From TPA_inf: Saccharomyces (lineage: Eukaryota): a DNA stretch of 64,000 bases. The notes under the pieces were generated by a model. The model was given only the letters and a program-made list of their open reading frames with translations, was not told the DNA's origin and ran no database searches. Below are positions 33,838-46,800 of this stretch, piece by piece. Numbering within the stretch: position 1 is the stretch's first letter; each line of letters begins with the position of its first letter. The stretch is taken from NCBI GenBank assembly GCA_000146045.2, contig BK006948.2, forward strand, positions 576,001 to 640,000, given 5' to 3'. Position numbers and translations under genes: made by a program.

Positions 33838-35388
33838 TTATAGTAGTTCGATGGAGTACACTGTTAGCCCTGGCTTAAAAGTCGTGAAATCATTGAAATC
33901 AAGATGATCCAAATCCAAATGGAACAAGTAATTTCTTTTGGGTATTAAGTTAATAGTGCCATCTCTCTTCAACTTTTTCAATTCTGATGTCATGGAATTG
34001 GGAGTTACTAAAGTTAGTGGAGTTATGGACCCGTTTAAACGCAGCCGCCTAATTGTTTCTGTTAAAAGTGGTAAATCACAGCCTTTAAGGTCTATTACAT
34101 GATGGTTACCTACACTGAATGCCACTTCATCTATCGACTCAATACCATCCTGTGTATTGATAAGAGAAGAAACGGTTAGGTTATTGCTCATATACATCCA
34201 GGTGGGTGGTGAGTATGTTTTCCACCATATGTGAACGCCCATTTGTTCGGTACGAAAGTGGAAGTAATCTCCCAAAAATTGGATAATTCCTGCTTGATGT
34301 GAAATTCCCATGATGAACGCCATGATTATGTTAAAAAGAAGCCAAGTTCCCTTGAAAATTTTCTTGTTTACTAACGTGGAACTCAGAGGTGTCCAGTTTA
34401 AGTTTGTCACGAGTAGTGGCACTAGCGGTACAAGGAATCTTAATTCTTGATGTTGAAAGAATGAAAGAAAAAGCAGGCCAGATATGATTGCGTAAGTAGA
34501 TAATTTATCGAGTTTGTAACCGGAAAAAATCGCTAGCAGCAATACTGGGCCAACTATTTGAGGTAAATTGACCAGCAGATGGGTGTATCTTGGATGTAAT
34601 CCATGTACTTGCAAATTTTGGACATTGAGGTTGTATTTCAGGTTATTCAAGGGCGTAATGACAAATCCCTTTCCGTTGTTATAAATATTTGTATCAATAA
34701 GAACAAATAGACACGAGGAAAATGAAAATGAAAGTAAAAGTAAAGAAAAGGATTTCCAATGGACCCGGTAAAACTTCCAGAATAATATCAAACATGGTAA
34801 GAAAATAAATGCAGGAAAAGTAACTCTATTAAAAACACCAAAACTAAATATAAGTCCCAATATAACCGAATTTTTGAAATTACTTCTTTGAATATTTTTT
34901 TCGTTTACCATATCTTCCATTACAGTTAAAGTTGAGATTAAAGCCAGCGTTTCTATGGAATTGGAAAACGTGTGTGTTTGGTACGTCCAGGTTACGTAAG
35001 AAGTTAAAAGTAGACTTTTTTTGATGAATTGTACGGCCTTTCTCTCATCCCTTATTAATTTAGGTATTAAAAAATGATAGCACAATAGGTACATCACATA
35101 GTTTTGTAGTCTCATCGAATACAGAATTAACGCTGGGTTGTCCTGAATTTCGGGAAAAGATTCTAAAATAGTGAACAAAGGCCCGTAAACCAATAATAGG
35201 GGGCCGTAACTCCTAGCAGCAAATTTTGATTTAAATTCCCATGGGATGGTACCTTTGACCTTCATGAACTGCATAGCCAAAATCTCGATGCATTGGAAAT
35301 GTTCATCTGGATGAATATACGACGGGCCTAGGCATAGCATTAGGCCGATGGCATATACTAAATAAAGCCACCATTGATACCTCATCAT
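33838..35388 (-). CDS. SMP3: GPI-anchor alpha-1,2-mannosyltransferase IV (GT22 multipass membrane protein), 516 aa
   Basis: Multipass hydrophobic profile with the GT22 N-terminal motif region (…HPDEHFQ…). Size and position match YOR149C. Confidence 0.8.
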   Translation of the reverse strand: MMRYQWWLYLVYAIGLMLCLGPSYIHPDEHFQCIEILAMQFMKVKGTIPWEFKSKFAARSYGPLLLVYGPLFTILESFPEIQDNPALILYSMRLQNYVMYLLCYHFLIPKLIRDERKAVQFIKKSLLLTSYVTWTYQTHTFSNSIETLALISTLTVMEDMVNEKNIQRSNFKNSVILGLIFSFGVFNRVTFPAFIFLPCLILFWKFYRVHWKSFSLLLLSFSFSSCLFVLIDTNIYNNGKGFVITPLNNLKYNLNVQNLQVHGLHPRYTHLLVNLPQIVGPVLLLAIFSGYKLDKLSTYAIISGLLFLSFFQHQELRFLVPLVPLLVTNLNWTPLSSTLVNKKIFKGTWLLFNIIMAFIMGISHQAGIIQFLGDYFHFRTEQMGVHIWWKTYSPPTWMYMSNNLTVSSLINTQDGIESIDEVAFSVGNHHVIDLKGCDLPLLTETIRRLRLNGSITPLTLVTPNSMTSELKKLKRDGTINLIPKRNYLFHLDLDHLDFNDFTTFKPGLTVYSIELL

Positions 35389-35864
35389 ACACTTCCAAGT
35401 ACCTGATGTGTGCTTGCGAGTAAGAATACTATGATATCTTATCGGACATATAGATTTTCAGGCCTTTTGTATTGTGTTTTCATCTTTATATTACTTCAGA
35501 TTGTGCGCATCTCGCGAAATCCTCAGAGCTTCAGATTTGAACTTGTTGCCGACATAGTAAGTCCTCTCAGCACCTTACTGTAGAAGCACCTTTATAAGTT
35601 ATATTAAATCAATACATCTTCTATGAGATACATAGATCGATAAGTTGACTTTTTTTCACTATATTAGTGACTGGTTTTACTTCTTACAAACATTACAGTC
35701 CGCACATAAAAAGCTATTACGATGTCTATATAATGTTTTGCTCTATATTGCACGTACCAAACACGCTACTAGTAAGACATGAGTTCCATCTAGCGAAGAA
35801 TCACCGCACGCTATGGTTACTTAGACGGTTATGGTTTAGTTAATTATCGTTATAATGTTGATTG

Positions 35865-35871
35865 TTACCCG
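35865..35871. promoter_or_regulatory. Reb1-like site TTACCCG upstream of MRPL23
   Basis: gttacccgc is a 7/8 match to TTACCCGG, ~130 bp upstream of the MRPL23 ATG. Confidence 0.3.
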
Positions 35872-35950
35872 CATGGAGCCTTCCTTGTAGTTTAGAGATC
35901 TTTAAAACGTTCTAAATAAGTAAAAGAGAAAGACCTTATGAATACACTGA

Positions 35951-36490
<540 letters not shown>

Positions 36491-36996
36491 CTTATTGAAA
36501 TTATTTGTCATTTTTTTATATATCCTTTTTGCAGTCTTCAATCCATGTATATATTTATCTGTTATGTAGTTTTAATCAAAACGCGTATTAAAATCTTCTT
36601 TCTTTTATGAATACTAAATATATTTAACAGTGTGTAACAGCAACATTGTTCCAAAATGAACACCGTATATTTTTCTTATAACTTTTTACATAAGTCATTA
36701 TTTATGACTTGGATATTTAAGGTTTTCCGCTAAAGTTCATTAATATGTCTTGATAAAATTAAATTTTAATTTGGTAAAATGCGAAACAAGGACTATAAAT
36801 AAACACTGTGAGTCCCATTTTATTCATCATTATTTTTGTGTTTTTTGAATGCTTGAAAGTTCTCTCTGCTTATTAAAAGAAATGCTTCATTCTTATTTTA
36901 TTACTATTGCCTACTTGTTTACCCTTTTTTTGGCAAGATCAGCACAAATGAAATGTTTTTTATTATTTTACTTTCTTAGAGTTACAACATTATTTC

Positions 36997-39900
36997 TTAA
37001 AAATCTCTCGAACGATCGGTATATAAACGTGGTGTAATGTTCATAGCCATAAGTTCTTGGAATAATAACTTCGCGGCGTATGGAATATGAATTTGGTAAA
37101 TATCAATCTTATTATCACATCCCTTACATTCAAATTGGTTATGATTTAATTTCGCGATAACTGTCATCAGCCCGCAAATACCACAAATATGGACTCTAAA
37201 GGCATCGGATGCTTCCATTAATCTCTCCTTCAAGAATGAGGCAGCACCATGAGCAATCATACAGTCACGTTCCATCTCACCGAATCTTAAACCACCGTCT
37301 CTCGATCTACCCTCTACAGGCTGTCTCGTCAATACTTGCATTGGACCACGTGCTCTGGCATGTATCTTGTCATCCACCATGTGTCTTAGTCGTTGATAAT
37401 ATGTAGGACCAAAGAAAATTTGAGCCATTAGTTTTTTACCTGTGTGACCATTATACATAACTTCAAACCCACGAGATTGATAACCATGCTCACGCAGTAG
37501 TTTGGATATACCTTCTACAGTAATGTCCGTGAAAGGAGAGGCGTCACCTTCATTACCAGATAGTGCCGCGACTTTACTCAACAAACATTCAATTAAATGG
37601 GCAACAGTCATACGAGATGGAATAGCATGAGGGTTAATAATCAAATCTGGAACAATACCTTCTGCGGTAAATGGCATATCTTCTCTACGATATGTGATAC
37701 CAATAGTACCCTTTTGACCGTGACGAGAAGCAAATTTGTCACCAATTTGAGGAATCTTTGTAGTTCTTACACGAACTTTGACAAACTTTAACCCATCTTG
37801 GTTTGTTGTGACTAAAACTTGATCAACAATACCGTTTTCAGTACTTCTCAATGGTGTGGAAGCATCACGTTTGGAATGGTATGCTGTTCTTTGACCGAGT
37901 TCCTCTTCATCTGGTGAGATTGGTGTGGTTTTACCGATAATCACATCTTCTCCTGAAACTCTAACACCAGGCGCAATTAGACCATCATCGTCCAACTTAT
38001 CGTATGTACCATGTTTCATTCTTAAGGTGTTTGTACGTTGTGGTTTCTCAAAAGTCTCCGTTATAGACATACCGTACTTCTTTTCCTGATCCATATAAGA
38101 TCTGAAAAACAGAGATCTGAATAGACCACGATCAATTGAAGACTGGTTCATAATCATAGAATCTTCTTGATTATAACCGGAGTAACATGCAATAGCAACA
38201 ATTGCATTTTGACCAGCGGGTAATTCTCTAAACTTCAAATATTCCATCGCACGTGTAGTACCCAATGGTTTTTGAGGATAATATAGAATATTGGCCATAG
38301 TATCCATACGCACATTATAGTTTGTTAAAAACACACCCATAGCTTGCTTACCCATCGCAGATTGGTAAGTGTTACGCGGAGATTGATTATGGTCAGGGAA
38401 TGGAATAATGGATGCTGCGACACCGAGAATCATAGAAGGATGAATCTCACAATGTGTAAATGTTGTAGCATGATGTGATACTCTTATACGTTTGGCAGGA
38501 TCAACATCGAGATCGTTTTCCTCATTTGCCTCTGCAGGCTCGAGATCTTCCGGTTGCATTGCGATCAATATAGATTCTTCTTCTTCAGCATCAATGTATT
38601 CCACTAAACCCTCATTCAATAATGATGACCATGTATATTCTTCTACATCTTCAAATCCACCTTCAATATCTTGATATTCGGTAGCCATCAGTTTGGCAAT
38701 ATGACCCTTTCTTACCTTTAATTCCTTATGGCCTAGTGATTCATCGTCTTCAACAATAAATAATGGTCTATAAACTCTACCGGCATCTGTAAAGATTTTT
38801 AGCTCCTTTTCACGAATATCTCTAATCATAGAAACTTCCGGATTGATATCACCCTTTCTTCTCAATGTTCTAAGGGTTTCCATTAATCTTGCTGGGTTTC
38901 TGTGAACACCGTGCCAAACACCATTGACGAAGACCCTTGTCGCGTCAGGTGATTGATGTGGTACGTAATCTTCCAGTGGTTCCATACCCCATTCACTCAA
39001 AAAAGTGATGATAGGCATCGGATCTGTACCAACAGAAATACAAGACATCAGTGACAGATTCTTAACTAAACCACACGCTTGGCCTTCAGGAGTTTCTGCA
39101 GGACAGACCAACCCCCAATGTGTATTATGCAATTGACGTGGTTTGGCTAATTTACCATCACGACCAATAGGGGTATTTGTTCTTCTTAAATGTGATAAGG
39201 TGGATGAATAAGTGTAACGGTTCAAAACCTGAGAAACACCTGCCCTAGAAGACATGGCTTTTTTTTGTTCACCCCAGTTACCAGTAGCCAAAGCGTACTT
39301 AAGACCCGATGTTATGGTTTTTGCGTTAATCGCTAATTTCATGTTAAAGTCATGGGCTTCCTCTACAGTTCTTTGCATATAACGGAAAATATCTTTAGTT
39401 AATTTTTTGAACAATGTCTTGAAAAGTTGGGCCAATAATGGACCTGCCAAATCTAATCTTTTTTTCCCGAAATGATCACGATCATCTTGGTCTTTACGAT
39501 CTAAAGCACACAGTAATAATCTGTTTATCATATAACCTAAGAAAAATGCCTTTCTACTTTCAAAACCTTCTAATTGAGTAATATGAGGTAGGAATTCTTT
39601 TTGTAAAATGTCTTTTGCATATTGGATTCTTTTTTCTTTCTTAATACCAAGGGCAGTACCACGACGACCAATAAAGTCTAATGCAGTTTCACGATCTTGA
39701 ATAACAAACCCGTCTTCAACACAAGGCTTAAGCATTTCCAGCATTTGCCAATCATTTACGTCGTAGCAGATATGTTCTAAAATTTCACCGTCTGGAATAA
39801 TACCTAAAGCTCTGAATATGATTACAATAGGAATATCCTGTTTGATATATGGTAATGTGGCTTTAATAGTACGAGCTGAACTACCCTCACGACCATAAAG

Positions 39901-40671
39901 CTTGACTTGAAGGGTACTGATAAACCTAGAACCTTTTTCAAGGGCAGATCTAATTTCTGCTACATGAGAAATTGGAGATGGGGCGGCTTTTTTAAACACT
40001 TGAACAATATTACCTGCAGAACGCTCCTGTGCAATCAAAACTTTTTCAGAACCATTAATGATGAAATAACCACCCATATCAAAGGGACATTCTTTCAGCT
40101 TATATAAATCTGATTCTGTAGCCTCACTTAGGTAACAATTCTTTGATCTTAACATAATCGGTAAACGGCCAATGAAAACTTTTCCGCTTTCGCTGTCATC
40201 TTCAGATTCTTCGGCAATTAATTCATATTTCAGTTCCCTACCTGGAACATCAATAGCTTCATATGTTCTCTTCTTAACATCAACAAATAAACCAGACGAA
40301 TATGTCAAATTACGTAAACGTGCTTCTTGTGGATACAACGCATGGGTAACACCATCAGATTCATTTACCATTGGCTTTGTAACATAGATTTTACCAAAAC
40401 TAATCTCATACTTTCTACTGATGTTGTCTGATTCGGTAGTATGTTGAGCCAACTGCTCTAAAATCAAGGTGGAATCCTCGCAAATAATGTCTTGTAAAGT
40501 ATAATCAACGAATTGATTGAAAGAGTCAAGTTGTTGTGAAACTAGCCCCTTCTCGCGAAAAAAAGCGGATATAACAGCCCACGAATCTTCTGCAGTAATT
40601 GGTGCACTTTCATCCTCGAATCCATATGGGTCCTCATCATAATACTTTTCTGAGTTTGCAAGGTCTGACAT
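36997..40671 (-). CDS. RPB2: RNA polymerase II second-largest subunit, 1224 aa
   Basis: Unmistakable Rpb2 sequence ([54 protein letters not shown]… and a C-terminal zinc ribbon CGICGL…CKGC). Confidence 0.95.
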
Positions 40672-41517
40672 CCTTATAATTATTTTTCTATACTTGTTTG
40701 TGTTCTTTTTCTGGTCCTAATTTTTATAATACGGAGCTTCTACAGTGTCTTATTCCGCTGTCGTGTTCCTTATGTTTGTTCCTTACTGTTGGGTTCTTCT
40801 TTAAGAAATATACGATAAGCAAAAATTATTCGAACTATCTGTAAACCTGAGGAGAAGGAATGAGTGCAATATCCAAGTACCCTAACTTTATAAAGCTGCT
40901 CCCTACTTAGACAAATCACTAGCTTTTATGGTTGCTAAAAGTAGTGGTCAGTTCCTTATTGCATGAATTACAACTCACTTCTTGTTTGTTCGCCACTTTT
41001 TCAAAAGCTACTACGAAAGTGAGAGGATGAAAAAAAATAGAAAAGTGAAAAATCATTTTGAACGCCAAGCAGGGTAACAAATTATTTTAAGATGGCCGCT
41101 ATTTTGTCAACTCAGAATTATTTGGGATTATGCTTTTAAAACAGAGAAACCTCAATTATAGTGCAGTTATGAAATGCTATATGCTATGTTCAGCCTATAA
41201 ACTCATAGTAGCAGCTCGAAGTAGCATTTTTTTAAATTCTTCACCATTTGGACAACTTTATTTCATTCTTTTATGTATACTTTCTTTCCTTAATAGCCGA
41301 TACAGCATGTTTAACCATGCCGACGATTATGCGGCGGGTTGGAGAGGAAGTCACAAGAAGGAACTATATTATTTATTTTTTTCTGTTTCCTAGAATGCAT
41401 ACATATGCGTAAATATATATGGCGATTTTTGTGTTTCGTCGCCTGAACTTTGTTTTGTGTCTATGAAAAATTAGGTACCTTCATAGACTACCATTATGGT
41501 AAAATGGAAAAACTATT

Positions 41518-42288
41518 CTAATCCAATTCAGTTGTCTCATCTAGAATATCCTCCATAAAATCATAATCATTCGGGAACTCAGTGCTGGTAAAATTTTGTT
41601 CGAAAGACGATGATTGTTGTGAAGACTTCTGATAAGCAGCTCCATTCTTTGTAGATTCACGGTCACCGTTTTGATAGCGATTTTTGTCGCCTTGGGGTTG
41701 CTCCGTTACAAAGGGTCTCAATCTCGTTAGAATGAGATTTTGTAGGAAATCAGAAACTTTTGCTAAGTAGAATGTTCTTGGAAATTCGTACCTTTTTGTT
41801 ACAGATATTAAAATCTGAGTTAATTTACCGAATAAGAATTTGTCATTGGTGTCATCTGCAAACCAAATGTTATAAATTGAAGAAAACAGTAAATAACTGT
41901 TAAAATTCGGTTCTGTTATCTTATTAAGGAATCCGGTAAGCTTGTTTTGAGATTCCATAAAGGCAATGAAGTCATATACCAGCTCTCTTGTCAAGCAAAT
42001 ACTTCCAAACGACATAAGTAAAGAGGTAAATGGTAAGAAATTCAGAAAGGCATCAATAGGAGTATAGAGGTAAATAAAATGTATGAACTCGTAAAGACTC
42101 CAATATTTTAACAGTGATTTATAAATGGTGATGACAACTGGGGACTGACCCAAAGAAGTAGCGGTTTTAGCAGCACTTGCCTTTGAGAAGTCAACGGAAG
42201 ACGTCAGATAGACCACTTCTAATGTCAGCTGCAAAGGAATGGCAACTGAGGTAAGCAAAAATAAGGGCCATAAAATTAAATTAAACAT
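41518..42288 (-). CDS. ATG40: Small membrane protein with a reticulon-like hydrophobic N-terminus, 256 aa (YOR152C/ATG40 position)
   Basis: N-terminal hydrophobic hairpins and an acidic C-terminus ending …DYDFMEDILDETTELD (a candidate Atg8-interaction motif). Position between RPB2 and PDR5. Confidence 0.65.
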   Translation of the reverse strand: MFNLILWPLFLLTSVAIPLQLTLEVVYLTSSVDFSKASAAKTATSLGQSPVVITIYKSLLKYWSLYEFIHFIYLYTPIDAFLNFLPFTSLLMSFGSICLTRELVYDFIAFMESQNKLTGFLNKITEPNFNSYLLFSSIYNIWFADDTNDKFLFGKLTQILISVTKRYEFPRTFYLAKVSDFLQNLILTRLRPFVTEQPQGDKNRYQNGDRESTKNGAAYQKSSQQSSSFEQNFTSTEFPNDYDFMEDILDETTELD

Positions 42289-42576
42289 TAGTTTTCTATG
42301 GTGGAGTGAAGCACAGCAGAAAGAACGTTAGGAACCTTAGCTAAAAGATAGAAAAAAAGAGCACTACAAAAATCTTATCCTCGATTTGAAATACTAATGT
42401 CGAGCCAGATCAAATTAAATGAAATCGAAATGATATAACGTTGCTCTTGCACGTGTATTTCGCTGCTTAGGAAAGTTGTTTCCACATATTATCTTTTGTA
42501 CGATTTTAAACAGTAAAATCGATGCATATTAAGGGAGGCCCAATACCCGCGGGCAGTAACCGCATCTTTGGAAATA

Positions 42577-42584
42577 CCGGGTAA
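42577..42584. promoter_or_regulatory. Reb1 site (CCGGGTAA, reverse complement of TTACCCGG)
   Basis: Exact 8-mer ~290 bp upstream of the YOR152C ATG, in the long YOR152C/PDR5 intergenic region. Confidence 0.4.
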
Positions 42585-43276
42585 TAATAAATGCCCGGGA
42601 AAAAAGAGCATAAAACAGAGAGGCGATATAGGAATGAATATGTGCTATTTACGGAAGGGAAAAACACTTATTGTTTTTCTGAAATGTGACACAGTAAAGT
42701 CCGTCATATACGGTTCTCCGTTGGGCGCTACCACACACATATATATAAGCCTGAATGCAGTAGACAAATTTCAGATATCATACAAAGGAAGCGTTCTCTG
42801 GGACCCCTTTCTATGTTTAGATGGTTCACTGAACTTGTTCGTTAACGTAAATATGTCTTCCTCTTTGATTCCAACAATGATATTATAAGGAAATTATCGT
42901 CACAATCTAATCAACAAGGACAAAGAAAAGAAAAAGTTGAGAGAGAGAACAAAAGTTCAAATCAAAGAAAAAAAAGAACATCAAATTACCTATTACAATA
43001 AACAATTAAGCCATACTCGCAACAATTTGCCATAATAGAAAGCAGCACCTCGTTGGCGCAGTCCCTTACATAGTACACAACATTTATCACTTCACACAAT
43101 CAGGAGTGGAACTCAATGGAAAACAACACCACACGTATGATCTTACTAATAAAAGAACATGAACGTTCCTCAGCGCGAACGTTCGCATTCTGCGCCTTCG
43201 AGCACAGGATAAGTTGCAGGAAGCCATCACATCTATGCAACGATTATCACGACACAACCTTGCCGCCGAGAAAACG

Positions 43277-43284
43277 TCCGTGGA
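43277..43284. promoter_or_regulatory. PDRE variant TCCGTGGA (Pdr1/Pdr3 site) in the PDR5 promoter
   Basis: tccgtgga, ~563 bp upstream of the PDR5 ATG. Confidence 0.6.
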
Positions 43285-43348
43285 GAACCATTCGGTCGAT
43301 TGCTTCCCACGGAACGAGTGGACTGAAACTTAAGACTGCCCCTCTCTT

Positions 43349-43356
43349 TCCGCGGA
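43349..43356. promoter_or_regulatory. Perfect PDRE TCCGCGGA in the PDR5 promoter
   Basis: ttccgcggaa, ~490 bp upstream of the PDR5 ATG. Confidence 0.75.
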
Positions 43357-43465
43357 ATCGCTCATGCCGCGGTGCCACAACATTTTCAGATTTACTAAGA
43401 CTCCGGTGAGTGTGGGCTCACCCGCGGGTCGTGATCACGATTCAGCACCCTTTGGACTCGTGATT

Positions 43466-43473
43466 CCGTGGAA
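43466..43473. promoter_or_regulatory. PDRE variant TCCGTGGA in the PDR5 promoter
   Basis: ttccgtggaa, ~375 bp upstream. Confidence 0.65.
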
Positions 43474-43526
43474 AGGTCAGATCTGTATTCCTACTTATGG
43501 TAATGTGCTAAAAAAAGAGAAATGTC

Positions 43527-43534
43527 TCCGCGGA
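43527..43534. promoter_or_regulatory. Perfect PDRE TCCGCGGA in the PDR5 promoter
   Basis: ctccgcggaa, ~313 bp upstream. Confidence 0.75.
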
Positions 43535-43839
43535 ACTCTTCTACGCCGTGGTACGATATCTGTTGAACGTAATCTGAGCAATACAAACAAGGCCTCTCCT
43601 ATACATATATAATTGTGATGTGCATAACCTTATGGCTGTTCGCTTTTATTATCATACCTTAGAATGAAATCCAAAAGAAAAAAGTCACGCAAAGTTGCAA
43701 ACATATAACAACTGTGTTAGTTATCACTCGACTTTGTTATTCTAATTATAAATAAATTGGCAACTAGGAACTTTCGAAAAAGAAATTAAAGACCCTTTTA
43801 AGTTTTCGTATCCGCTCGTTCGAAAGACTTTAGACAAAA

Positions 43840-46800
43840 ATGCCCGAGGCCAAGCTTAACAATAACGTCAACGACGTTACTAGCTACTCCTCCGCGTCTT
43901 CTTCTACTGAAAACGCTGCTGATCTACACAATTATAATGGGTTCGATGAGCATACAGAAGCTCGAATCCAAAAACTGGCAAGGACTCTGACCGCACAGAG
44001 TATGCAAAACTCCACTCAATCGGCACCCAACAAAAGTGATGCTCAGTCTATATTTTCTAGCGGTGTGGAAGGTGTAAACCCGATATTCTCTGATCCTGAA
44101 GCTCCAGGCTATGACCCAAAATTGGACCCCAACTCCGAAAATTTTTCTAGTGCCGCCTGGGTTAAGAATATGGCTCACCTAAGTGCGGCAGACCCTGACT
44201 TTTATAAGCCTTATTCCTTAGGTTGCGCTTGGAAGAACTTAAGTGCTTCTGGTGCTTCCGCAGATGTCGCCTATCAGTCAACTGTGGTTAATATTCCATA
44301 CAAAATCCTAAAAAGTGGGCTGAGAAAGTTTCAACGTTCTAAAGAAACCAATACTTTCCAAATCTTGAAACCAATGGATGGTTGCCTAAACCCAGGTGAA
44401 TTGCTAGTCGTTTTAGGTAGACCAGGCTCTGGCTGTACTACTTTATTAAAATCCATCTCTTCAAATACTCATGGTTTTGATCTTGGTGCAGATACTAAAA
44501 TTTCTTACAGCGGCTACTCAGGTGATGATATTAAGAAACATTTTCGTGGTGAAGTTGTTTACAACGCAGAAGCTGATGTACATCTGCCTCATTTAACAGT
44601 CTTCGAAACTTTGGTTACAGTAGCGAGGTTGAAAACCCCACAGAACCGTATCAAGGGTGTCGATAGGGAAAGTTATGCGAATCATTTGGCGGAAGTAGCA
44701 ATGGCAACGTACGGTTTATCGCATACAAGGAATACAAAAGTTGGTAACGACATCGTCAGAGGTGTTTCCGGTGGTGAAAGGAAGCGTGTCTCCATTGCTG
44801 AAGTCTCCATCTGTGGATCCAAATTTCAATGCTGGGATAATGCTACAAGGGGTTTGGATTCCGCTACCGCTTTGGAATTTATTCGTGCCTTAAAGACTCA
44901 AGCTGATATTTCCAATACATCTGCCACAGTGGCCATCTATCAATGTTCTCAAGATGCGTACGACTTGTTCAATAAAGTCTGTGTTTTGGATGATGGTTAT
45001 CAGATCTACTATGGCCCCGCCGATAAGGCCAAGAAGTACTTTGAAGATATGGGGTATGTTTGTCCAAGCAGACAAACCACCGCAGATTTTTTGACCTCAG
45101 TTACAAGTCCCTCTGAGAGAACCCTGAACAAAGATATGCTAAAAAAAGGTATTCATATACCACAGACCCCGAAGGAAATGAACGATTACTGGGTAAAATC
45201 TCCAAATTACAAAGAGCTAATGAAAGAAGTCGACCAACGATTATTGAATGACGATGAAGCAAGCCGTGAAGCTATTAAGGAAGCCCACATTGCTAAGCAG
45301 TCCAAGAGAGCAAGACCTTCCTCTCCTTATACTGTCAGCTACATGATGCAAGTTAAATACCTATTAATCAGAAATATGTGGAGACTGCGAAATAATATCG
45401 GGTTTACATTATTTATGATTTTGGGTAACTGTAGTATGGCTTTAATCTTGGGTTCAATGTTTTTCAAGATCATGAAAAAGGGTGATACTTCTACATTCTA
45501 TTTCCGTGGTTCTGCTATGTTTTTTGCAATTCTATTCAATGCATTTTCTTCTCTGTTAGAAATCTTTTCGTTATATGAGGCCAGACCAATCACTGAAAAA
45601 CATAGAACATATTCGTTATACCATCCAAGTGCTGACGCTTTTGCATCAGTTCTATCAGAAATACCCTCAAAGTTAATCATCGCTGTTTGCTTCAATATAA
45701 TCTTCTATTTCTTAGTAGACTTTAGAAGAAATGGTGGTGTATTCTTTTTCTACTTATTAATAAACATTGTCGCGGTTTTCTCCATGTCTCACTTGTTTAG
45801 ATGTGTTGGTTCCTTAACAAAGACATTGTCAGAAGCTATGGTTCCCGCTTCTATGTTATTGTTGGCTCTATCCATGTATACCGGTTTTGCTATTCCTAAG
45901 AAGAAGATCCTACGTTGGTCTAAATGGATTTGGTATATCAATCCGTTGGCTTACTTATTCGAATCTTTGTTAATTAACGAGTTTCATGGTATAAAATTCC
46001 CCTGCGCTGAATATGTTCCTCGTGGTCCTGCGTATGCAAACATTTCTAGTACAGAATCTGTTTGTACCGTGGTTGGAGCTGTTCCAGGCCAAGACTATGT
46101 TCTGGGTGATGATTTCATTAGAGGAACTTATCAATACTACCACAAAGACAAATGGCGTGGTTTCGGTATTGGTATGGCTTATGTCGTCTTCTTTTTCTTT
46201 GTCTATCTATTCTTATGTGAATACAACGAGGGTGCTAAACAAAAAGGTGAAATATTAGTTTTCCCACGCAGTATAGTTAAAAGAATGAAGAAAAGAGGTG
46301 TACTAACTGAAAAGAATGCAAATGACCCCGAAAACGTTGGGGAACGTAGTGACTTATCCAGCGATAGGAAAATGCTACAAGAAAGCTCTGAAGAGGAATC
46401 CGATACTTACGGAGAAATTGGTTTATCCAAGTCAGAGGCTATATTTCACTGGAGAAACCTTTGTTACGAAGTTCAGATTAAGGCCGAAACAAGACGTATT
46501 TTGAACAATGTTGATGGTTGGGTTAAACCAGGTACTTTAACAGCTTTAATGGGTGCTTCAGGTGCTGGTAAAACCACACTTCTGGATTGTTTGGCCGAAA
46601 GGGTTACCATGGGTGTTATAACTGGTGATATCTTGGTCAATGGTATTCCCCGTGATAAATCTTTCCCAAGATCCATTGGTTATTGTCAGCAACAAGATTT
46701 GCATTTGAAAACTGCCACTGTGAGGGAGTCATTGAGATTTTCTGCTTACCTACGTCAACCAGCTGAAGTTTCCATTGAAGAAAAGAACAGATATGTTGAA

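Noticed and set aside
41130-41393. 87-codon ORF in the RPB2/YOR152C spacer
   Set aside because: It sits in promoter DNA of two divergent genes and is hydrophobic and low-complexity with no similarity. It is most likely spurious.
43116-43612. Two overlapping plus-strand ORFs (97 and 82 codons) in the PDR5 promoter
   Set aside because: They span the PDRE cluster and the core promoter. The sequence is GC-rich regulatory DNA, and they have no coding periodicity or similarity.
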